A stretch of DNA of 64,000 bases from assembly GCA_041389145.1 (NCBI GenBank), contig JAWKSK010000003.1, positions 128 to 64,127 of the forward strand, written 5' to 3'. The notes under the pieces are model-generated. The model was not told where the DNA came from, ran no database searches, and saw only the letters and a list, made by a program, of their open reading frames with translations. Positions 32,588 through 39,026 of the stretch are shown piece after piece. Source of the stretch: Patescibacteria group bacterium (GTDB lineage Bacteria; Patescibacteriota; Kazan-3B-28). Numbering within the stretch: the stretch's first letter is position 1; the number at the start of each line of letters is the position of its first letter. A program made the translations under genes and the position numbers.

Positions 32588-33385
32588 GTGAAAAATTACC
32601 ACATATCTGAGAAAGTTTTAGATCAAGTAAAAGCTGCCGGTTTAGAAGAAAAACAGGCTCTTATTTATCTTAGTTCTTTGAAACTAGGTGGCGGTACTAT
32701 TACAGCCCTAGCGAAGGCTTCTGGAGTAGAAAGAACTGGGCTTTATTATTATCTGGATGGGCTAGTTCAGGCCGGGCTACTCAAACCCTCCACTACGAAA
32801 AAGAGAACTATTTACCTACCAGCTGATCCGGATAGGTTGCTAGACCTCGTTCAAAGAAGAGAGAAAGAGGTAAATGATGTTCTACCCTTTTTAAAGTCTC
32901 TGGTAGCTGACAATCAAGCAGGTTCCCAGGTTTCTTACTATGAAGGCAAAGAGGGTTTAATCAATCTATATGAAGACCAGTACAGCTTACTCAAACAGCT
33001 AGATGAATCAGATAATCAAATGTTGGTTTTTGCCAGATCTTTTGAAATATTGCATGCCTTACCTGATTATTTTCCTGGGTATATCGAGAAGAGAAAAAAG
33101 CTGAGTTTACGAACAAGAGCCATTTTGCCCGAGACCGAGAGACAAAAAGGAAAGACTGTCTACAACGACCCGGTCACGTATGCTAAATACACTCAACAGA
33201 TTGAGGATAAACGATATATGCCAGACGAATTCTTTCCTCACTCGGTGATTATTGTCTTCAAGGACTACGTAGGAATGATTGATTACAAGAACTACTTTGG
33301 CTCACTGACTCATAATTCAGTATTGAGCGAAACCTGGGTGAGATTTTTTGAGTACATCTGGAAAACACTCCCAGAAGAGCAATAA
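32588..33385 (+). CDS. TrmB-family transcriptional regulator
   Basis: N-terminal wHTH pattern AGLEEKQALIYLSSLKLGGGTITALAKASGVERTGLYYYLDGLVQAGLL plus a TrmB-like C-terminal domain. Confidence 0.7.
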   Translation: MKNYHISEKVLDQVKAAGLEEKQALIYLSSLKLGGGTITALAKASGVERTGLYYYLDGLVQAGLLKPSTTKKRTIYLPADPDRLLDLVQRREKEVNDVLPFLKSLVADNQAGSQVSYYEGKEGLINLYEDQYSLLKQLDESDNQMLVFARSFEILHALPDYFPGYIEKRKKLSLRTRAILPETERQKGKTVYNDPVTYAKYTQQIEDKRYMPDEFFPHSVIIVFKDYVGMIDYKNYFGSLTHNSVLSETWVRFFEYIWKTLPEEQ

Positions 33386-33393
33386 ATATAACA

Positions 33394-33420
33394 ATACGAC
33401 CCCTGTTGGGGTCGTATTTA
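33394..33420. terminator. Bidirectional terminator between convergent genes
   Basis: ATACGACCCC-tgtt-GGGGTCGTAT followed by TTT. Confidence 0.7.
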
Positions 33421-33427
33421 GTTGATT

Positions 33428-34381
33428 TTAGCGTGAGTGTTCTAGTTCTGTTTCATCCTCATCTTTCTCATCATCGTCACTTCCGTGATCGTCATTGAGA
33501 TCTTCGAGGGAATCGTTTCCTGAGTTGTCATCGAGTGGGCGTGGTACCCATTGGTCTTCACGATCTGGGATACCATCCTTATCTCCGTCTCTAAGTTCTG
33601 GGGTCTTAATCCATGGACCATAGAGGTTATCGTCATAGAATTGGTAGTCTAAAGGTTTGTTTGGGTCGACGTGGAATTCGTATCTAATATTTCTACGAAT
33701 CTGATCGCGGATATCATCTTTGAGTTCGAACTTCTTGTCGTTAGAACGATCTTTCAAGATTTCTTCTAATAGTTCAGCTTTTTCGGCTCTGCGATCGATA
33801 ACCTGTTGTAAATTCTTGCTGAGTTTAAGATATGCATCTTTTCTAGCAGAATCGTTGGTAGCGTCATATTTCTCGAGGACTACTTCTTGAACCTGGTTAA
33901 GACGTTCAAGACCAACTGCTGCTCGTTCTTGGGCTAGGTTTCTGAAGTAAAGAATACGTTCCTTGCGTGAGTCATTCCAATCTGAGGTGTCGATAGCTTC
34001 TAGAGCTCTAAATTCTGACACACGTTCTTCTGCTAAGGAGGCGTGGAACTTGGCTCTGGCAGATTCATCACGGAGTAAAGACTTGGTGATGTTTTCGGTG
34101 ACGGTATCAACTGGATAGAGGAGATCACCAGGTTTAGCACTATCTGCCATCACAGCTGTACTGGAGGTGATTACCAATATAGTTGCAAGCGTAACTGGGA
34201 CCCAGTTTAGGGATGGGTTCCAAGAGAGCCCAGATTTAGGGGCACCAAGATCGGCAATTTGACCCAAAACCTGTCCACGAAGAGCGGATTTTACACCATG
34301 TGGAGCATTGTACTCCCCTGCTAAGTGCTTGATTTGGTTTTCCAAATTGGTATGTGAATTATGTTTATTCATGTTGATCAA
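33428..34381 (-). CDS. DUF5667-type single-pass membrane protein with an acidic Ca-binding-like tail (putative anti-sigma partner)
   Basis: TM WVPVTLATILVITSSTAV, a helical domain, a thrombospondin-type-3-like DGDKDGIPDREDQ and a D/E-rich end. Overlaps the sigma gene by 17 nt. Confidence 0.55.
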   Translation of the reverse strand: MINMNKHNSHTNLENQIKHLAGEYNAPHGVKSALRGQVLGQIADLGAPKSGLSWNPSLNWVPVTLATILVITSSTAVMADSAKPGDLLYPVDTVTENITKSLLRDESARAKFHASLAEERVSEFRALEAIDTSDWNDSRKERILYFRNLAQERAAVGLERLNQVQEVVLEKYDATNDSARKDAYLKLSKNLQQVIDRRAEKAELLEEILKDRSNDKKFELKDDIRDQIRRNIRYEFHVDPNKPLDYQFYDDNLYGPWIKTPELRDGDKDGIPDREDQWVPRPLDDNSGNDSLEDLNDDHGSDDDEKDEDETELEHSR

Positions 34382-34901
34382 TGATTTTACGCAAGCGCGT
34401 AAGCCCCCGATTTACTATAACTCTAAGGTTATTTTCTGTTTTACCCATGATTTGAGCAATCTCTGGATAATCCAGCTCTTGAATGTATTTAAGCTGGATA
34501 ACGGTACGGTATGGTTCGGAAAGTTTGAGAATTGCCTCCCGAATTGCCTGATTTTCCAGGCTGGTAGCCGTTTCTGCTTCTATATCCGTAGTATCTGCCT
34601 GATCCATTACAGCAGATAACGGTGCATTTCGCTTTTGACGACGATAATGGTCGATGAGGCGGAAACGGGCGGATCCCAAAATCCAGGCCATAAAGCTACG
34701 GTCTGGGTTGAATCGCTTGAGGTTTTTCCAGGCTTCCAGATAGAGTTGGGAGGTTAAATCTTGGGCATCGGCTGGGTTTTTGACCCGGAAATTGAAGAAC
34801 TTATAGACTGCATCAAAGGTGGCGTCATATAGTTTGCCAAAAGCCTCGGTGTCTCCGGTTTGGGCTTCTCTAGCTAGCTGTTCTAGGTTTTGATCCTTCA
34901 T
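34365..34901 (-). CDS. ECF-type sigma-70 family sigma factor (second copy)
   Basis: FGKLYDATFDAVYKFF...DLTSQLYLEAWK...AWILGSARFRLIDHYRR and LSEPYRTVIQLKYIQELDYPEIAQIMG...RGLTRLR. Confidence 0.85.
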   Translation of the reverse strand: MKDQNLEQLAREAQTGDTEAFGKLYDATFDAVYKFFNFRVKNPADAQDLTSQLYLEAWKNLKRFNPDRSFMAWILGSARFRLIDHYRRQKRNAPLSAVMDQADTTDIEAETATSLENQAIREAILKLSEPYRTVIQLKYIQELDYPEIAQIMGKTENNLRVIVNRGLTRLRKIIDQHE

Positions 34902-35995
34902 TATTGGTTGGTGAGGACATCCTTAATGACTCCCCCACCAATACAAACATCTTGATTATATAGTACCAGAGATTGGCCCGGTGTGAGGGCTCTTTCTGGT
35001 TCATCAAAGGTGAATTGCCAAGTTTTGCCTTTGAGTTCTAGGGTTCCGGGGAATACTTGAGGTGAATATCTTGGTTTAGCATCTATGTGAATAGGTTTTG
35101 TTGGTTGATAACTGGGGTGAATGAAGTGAAGGTTTTCCAGAATCACACCTGGATTATAGGTGGCAGAGTCTGGCCCGACAGTAACTGTGTTTTTCTTGAT
35201 ATCTGTTGCTATGACATATAAAGGATGGGGTTGACCATCTAATCCCTGGATTCTTCTTTGACCAATAGTGTAGAACCATGCCCCTTCATGATGCCCGAGG
35301 ACCTTGCCTTCTTGGTTGACAATGTTCCCCTTTTTAGGCTTAATCACGGTTTTAAGGAAGTCTCTGACTTCAATGGGACCAATAAAACAGATACCTTGGC
35401 TGTCTTTTTTATCTGCAGTTGGCAGTTTCATTTGGTGAGCCAGCTTTCTGACCTGGGCTTTGGTGTACTCTCCAATTGGGAATAAGCAGTGGGAAAGCTG
35501 TTCCTGGGTAAGATTGTAGACAAAGTAAGTTTGATCTTTGATGGGATCTACACCTTTAAGCAGTTCCTGAATTCCCTCTTTAGTTACCTGTTTCCTGATA
35601 TGGTGCCCGGTTGCGATGAAGTCTGCTCCTAGCTTTATGGCTTTGTTTAAGAAGAGGTCAAACTTTACTTCTTTATTGCACATCACATCTGGATTGGGGG
35701 TTCTACCTGCCTGATATTCCTTGAAGAAGTAGTCGAGCACTCTTGCTTTGTATTCTTCTTCGAAGTTAAAGGTATAGTATGGGATATCTAAGAACTGGCA
35801 AACAGCCCTGACATCGGCAAAATCAGCTTCTGCAGTACAGATTCCAGTATTGGGGTCGTCTTCTGACCAGTTTTTCATGAAAACCCCAACTACGTTGTAG
35901 CCTTCTTTCTTGAGGAGGGCGGCAGTAACTGAGGAATCCACTCCCCCACTCATCGCAACAAATACTGTTTGGGCTTGTTTTTTCATGAGAACCAA
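34901..35995 (-). CDS. mnmA: tRNA-specific 2-thiouridylase MnmA
   Basis: PP-loop VAMSGGVDSSV, plus NPDVMCN and DSQGICFIG motifs. The true start is probably the ATG at 35986 (MKKQAQ). Confidence 0.9.
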   Translation of the reverse strand: MVLMKKQAQTVFVAMSGGVDSSVTAALLKKEGYNVVGVFMKNWSEDDPNTGICTAEADFADVRAVCQFLDIPYYTFNFEEEYKARVLDYFFKEYQAGRTPNPDVMCNKEVKFDLFLNKAIKLGADFIATGHHIRKQVTKEGIQELLKGVDPIKDQTYFVYNLTQEQLSHCLFPIGEYTKAQVRKLAHQMKLPTADKKDSQGICFIGPIEVRDFLKTVIKPKKGNIVNQEGKVLGHHEGAWFYTIGQRRIQGLDGQPHPLYVIATDIKKNTVTVGPDSATYNPGVILENLHFIHPSYQPTKPIHIDAKPRYSPQVFPGTLELKGKTWQFTFDEPERALTPGQSLVLYNQDVCIGGGVIKDVLTNQ

Positions 35996-36020
35996 AAACC
36001 CCTTAGTTATTGCTTAGGGG
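35994..36020 (-). terminator. Intrinsic terminator of the MerR-type gene
   Basis: Minus strand reads CCCCTAAG-caataa-CTAAGGGG followed by TTTTT. Confidence 0.6.
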
Positions 36021-36042
36021 TTATCGGGATGATTCTAGCTAA

Positions 36043-36555
36043 TTACCATAGTTTCCACCAGGCTTTTTTCTCTTCCTGAGGTGGGAATAATAGGAGTTTA
36101 AGGTGGTCCAACTCCCCTTTTAGGCTACCCTTTAGATCTTCTCTGATTTCTCTTCTCAAAGAATGAACTTCCGTTCCCAAGGAGTTAAGGGCAAAGATTA
36201 ACTTTTGCTTGTATTCTTCATCAAATGGATTGGGTGCCTGCTGGACTGCTTCAGGTTTGGCTTCTGGCTGAACGGCCAAGGACTTAGCGTCTCCCCCATT
36301 TGTCTTTAACATGTGGACTACTCCAGGAATGGTAAACATTCCGGATTCCATCAAATATTTAATACGTTCCAATACTTTTACATCATCTTGGGTAAAGACT
36401 CTGTGGTTGTATTGATTACGGTAGTTGCTTAAGAAATCACCGAATTTCTTTTCCCAGTTACGCAAAGTACTCTCATTAACGTCGAGGAATTGGGAGACTT
36501 CGACTAGAGAGTATGTCTGGGATTCGGTTGTGACTTGGTTTTCTACTTCTGCCAT
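36043..36555 (-). CDS. MerR-family HTH DNA-binding protein with a coiled-coil C-terminal half and an aromatic/basic tail
   Basis: YSLVEVSQFLDVNESTLRNWEKKFG....HRVFTQDDVKVLERIKYLMESGMFTIPGV is the MerR wHTH pattern. The C-terminal half has heptad-like text EEYKQKLIFALNSLGTEVHSLRREIREDLKGSLKGELDHLKLL and the protein ends in KKAWWKLW. Confidence 0.75.
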   Translation of the reverse strand: MAEVENQVTTESQTYSLVEVSQFLDVNESTLRNWEKKFGDFLSNYRNQYNHRVFTQDDVKVLERIKYLMESGMFTIPGVVHMLKTNGGDAKSLAVQPEAKPEAVQQAPNPFDEEYKQKLIFALNSLGTEVHSLRREIREDLKGSLKGELDHLKLLLFPPQEEKKAWWKLW

Positions 36556-36574
36556 TTGATTGGTTTTGTGGTTA

Positions 36575-37185
36575 TATTGTGGTTGCGGGTGGGGGTTGCA
36601 ACGTTGTTGTAGGTTTAAATGTTTTGTGAGAGCTGTTTATCTTTGTGGGTTACAACGTTATTGTAACTCATTTTAGTTTGCGATGTAAAAGAATAGTGCG
36701 ATTGCGATGACTGTTGCCAGGGTTAGCATTGTTTTGGGTTGTAACGTTGTTATAGGTTGTAACGTAGTTGTAGGCTTACCTACAAATGTATTGTAGTGCA
36801 AACGCAACGTTGTTACAACTGCGATATTTTTTGTGATAATTTTGCGATGAAACGATCTAGATCATATATATTATATATAATATGGTAGCTTGTTTTACAG
36901 CGTATCTATCCCCTACAACTGCGTTGCGGTGTTTTGGGTGTGTGTTGCAACGTTGTGTTAAGGTGGTTCAACCGTATTGTGGTGGTAGGTTGTATTGACG
37001 TTGCAGGTAATCAGATGGTGTAATGTTTTGCCTTATTCTACACCTATGGTGAGATAGGTCGCACAATATTTTCTACACCTAAGCTACAAAATGAATGTAA
37101 GTTAAAACTGTTTATGGAAGCAGTTTTCTTATATGGATTGCAACGGTGTTGCAGGTGCTTGGTTTACCGTTGTAACATTGTTGTA
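36575..37185 (+). repeat. Array of at least 13 copies of a 15-bp dyad-symmetric motif, consensus TRYAAC-GTT-GTTRYA, all in one orientation
   Basis: Copy starts are 36597, 36651, 36740, 36758, 36781, 36803, 36914, 36946, 36967, 36991, 37139 and 37171, plus degenerate copies at about 36575 and 37085. Example: TGCAACGTTGTTGTA. Start-to-start spacings include 18, 21-24, 32 and 54 bp. Confidence 0.85.
36864..36883. other. 20-bp uninterrupted A/T tract inside the repeat island
   Basis: ATATATATTATATATAATAT, flanked by TTGCGATG motif copies at 36678, 36702 and 36842. Confidence 0.7.
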
Positions 37186-37186
37186 T

Positions 37187-37238
37187 TAAAAAAGAGGCGA
37201 GTGCTCGCTCTGTTCTACAGCTACGAGGCACCGCCTCT
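37187..37238 (-). terminator. Intrinsic terminator of the minus-strand RNA
   Basis: Minus strand reads AGAGGCG...(inner GUGCCUCG/CGAGCAC helix)...CGCCUCU followed by UUUUUU. Confidence 0.7.
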
Positions 37239-37405
37239 ATAAAAGATCTAGGTTTATTTGATACTTCCGATCCCCCCATGTTGTGATAGCCGAAGCGCAC
37301 CACCGTACCGGTGCCCGACTAGGTTGCTGAATGATCAGCTGATGTCGCTAGCTAACGGTTTCCCCGGCTCGGGAATGAGAAGGGAAGTGGCTAACTAGAG
37401 TTGGT
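37188..37405 (-). ncRNA. Candidate structured, GC-rich small RNA of unknown class (5' end undefined)
   Basis: No ORF. Local helices include CCCG-agc-CGGG, the palindrome ATCAGCTGAT, CACCG-gua-CGGUG and a C(UUCG)G tetraloop. A possible closing helix pairs ACUUCC with GGAAGU. Ends in a strong intrinsic terminator. Confidence 0.45.
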
Positions 37406-37786
37406 TTTATAAATAATTAAAGATACATAAAGGTTGTAGGAAAATCCTCCGTTTATGTCTTTAATTGAGTTCTATTAGTTCTGTTTTGGGACAGAATTAT
37501 CGTTAAGACCTAGATTGAGAGATATCACCTCAGAATTGTCAGGTTAGACCCCTCAATCATAGGGTACAAAAGATGTTAACATCTGGTTTTTAAAGTTCTT
37601 TCTGTTGGTTTCCTAATATGATTACACCATAATTTGCAAACAACGTCTATATAGCAATTTATATTTTGTTATGTTGTAGTAGTATTGGTAGGGAAGTGAT
37701 CCAAGGTTTTGATCTTATACCAAACTTTTTTCAAAAAATCTTTTCTTTGTGGGAGCGGATAAACCGGACAAGTGAATACGTTAACA

Positions 37787-37815
37787 TTGACAGAGAGGGG
37801 ATACTAGGATATACT
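37787..37815 (+). promoter_or_regulatory. Near-consensus sigma-70 promoter
   Basis: TTGACA (37787-37792), a 17-nt spacer, then TATACT (37810-37815). Confidence 0.7.
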
Positions 37816-37821
37816 GTAGTA

Positions 37822-38176
37822 ATTTGGTGCTGAAGTTTAACAACTAGACGGTTAGTAGGTAGTTCTTTCACCTTTTAATTCAAGAAGGTGGGGAGAAGAG
37901 GGATATCAGCAACATCCCCCCAGCCTGATATCTCTCTTCTCCTCACTGTCTGATGTGTGATCCTCAAAAACAAAAATAAAAATTGTTTGTTTGTTCTTTG
38001 TACCTTTAGGTGAAAATATTACGTTGTCAGAGTTACTAGGAAGATAAGGTTAATTGATTTTGTCTCCCTACCAGCTCTGACTACGGTCAGATGGGAGGAA
38101 TCTACCTTCGACCCGCTACGTGGCGGCTTTTATTCTTCTTTTAGTCCGCTATCATCGTAGCGGGTCCTATTTTTTT
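37822..38176 (+). ncRNA. Candidate ~355-nt structured RNA or long 5' leader of unknown class
   Basis: Bounded by the promoter above and a long-stem terminator. Contains a perfect 18-bp hairpin (37892-37909 pairs with 37925-37942), a UCUGAC-UACG-GUCAGA hairpin nested in CUCCC/GGGAG and an A/U-rich hairpin. It holds only 8- and 17-codon ORFs. Confidence 0.5.
38110..38176 (+). terminator. Intrinsic terminator
   Basis: GACCCGCTACG pairs with CGTAGCGGGTC (with inner GCGG/CCGC pairing), followed by CTATTTTTTT. Confidence 0.75.
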
Positions 38177-38221
38177 CAATAATTAACGGCTCACTTTTAT
38201 GAGCCATTGAAATAGGGGAGT

Positions 38222-38288
38222 TACAACGTTGTTGTAGCTTTTTTTGGTATGTATAGGAGATATTTTAGACTGCCACAACGTTGTTGCG
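38222..38288 (+). promoter_or_regulatory. Two dyad-motif copies bracketing a weak promoter upstream of the orphan gene
   Basis: TACAACGTTGTTGTA (38222-38236), TTGGTA-16 nt-TAGACT (38244-38271), then CACAACGTTGTTGCG (38274-38288). Confidence 0.55.
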
Positions 38289-38356
38289 GTGGATTGACTG
38301 AGGACAGGCAAGCTCGTACAGTATTATCAACTAGCACTTTAAGGAGGCTGTCATTA

Positions 38357-38908
38357 ATGTTAATTGGAAGCAGTGGTGTTCTTGGTGTTCCAAAACACGC
38401 AATCAATGCTATTGAGCTACTCGCGAGCATACTTTGGACACAGTATGATCTCGGTGGCATTTCGCACGGCAGAAGCAATCGATCAGTGATGTTGGATGCT
38501 GCGCGGGCTATGCTGAAGATTACCGGCTATTCCGGCTTTTCGAGACCTACACCGAACGACCTCAGTGGCAAACAGATTGCACCAATCCTTACCCAATGGT
38601 CATGGCAGATTCAACCACTTGTCTTTGAGCATATGCATGAAATCCATAAGGCTAACTTGGAGCATATATCGGATAATGACCTAGGCATTTTGATGCTTGC
38701 ATCCTTGTGCTCCTGCTGTATCGACTGGCAAGAGATTCATGAACATGATTGGTCATACTGGCTTGATGAACAAACTGCCATCAGCAATCTTCTTCCCACT
38801 CAATTGCATGGATACATAAGTATCGAGTTCAGAGAAAGGATCCACACAGAAGCGTGCAGAAGACAGTATATCCTGCCAATGCAATTATCTAATCTTGGAC
38901 TCGACTAG
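38357..38908 (+). CDS. Orphan hypothetical protein (GC-rich), 183 aa
   Basis: RBS AAGGAGG 9 nt before the ATG at 38357. The ORF-track start at 38249 lies inside the promoter/operator region and was rejected. No family recognised. Confidence 0.6.
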   Translation: MLIGSSGVLGVPKHAINAIELLASILWTQYDLGGISHGRSNRSVMLDAARAMLKITGYSGFSRPTPNDLSGKQIAPILTQWSWQIQPLVFEHMHEIHKANLEHISDNDLGILMLASLCSCCIDWQEIHEHDWSYWLDEQTAISNLLPTQLHGYISIEFRERIHTEACRRQYILPMQLSNLGLD

Positions 38909-38927
38909 ATGGATTAATAATCATCCG

Positions 38928-38997
38928 CTGTAATGCTGTTGCAGGGGTGTATCGGCTCTAGGAGCGGAAAAAGTTAATAGCCCTACAACGATGTTGC
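38928..38997 (+). promoter_or_regulatory. Two further dyad-motif copies downstream of the orphan gene
   Basis: TGTAATGCTGTTGCA (38928-38942) and TACAACGATGTTGCG (38983-38997). Confidence 0.5.
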
Positions 38998-39026
38998 GGG
39001 GCTATTTTAACGTTATTGAGCTCGAA

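Noticed and set aside
36575-37185. The repeat array interpreted as a CRISPR locus
   Set aside because: The repeats are only 15 bp and degenerate, the spacings are irregular (18-148 bp), and no cas genes or leader are present.
37112-37303. A 63-aa minus-strand ORF inside the non-coding island
   Set aside because: It spans the intrinsic terminator (37187-37238) and two dyad-motif copies. It has no RBS, and its composition looks like translated structured RNA.
37188-38176. Assignment of the two RNA candidates to tmRNA, SRP RNA, RNase P RNA, 6S RNA, a T-box or common riboswitches
   Set aside because: The diagnostic cores were not found on either strand: GGAAGCAGC/GGAA tetraloop context, GAGGAAAGUCC, the tRNA-like TPsiC/ACCA end, and AANNNGGGUGGNACCGCG. 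This is a memory-based check only, so an Infernal scan is still needed.
37787-38908. A type III toxin-antitoxin (ToxIN-like) locus
   Set aside because: The layout of promoter, RNA, terminator and ORF fits superficially. However, the RNA has no tandem repeats, and the ORF has its own promoter-like element and no recognisable ToxN/AbiE features. It is kept only as a weak alternative in the findings.
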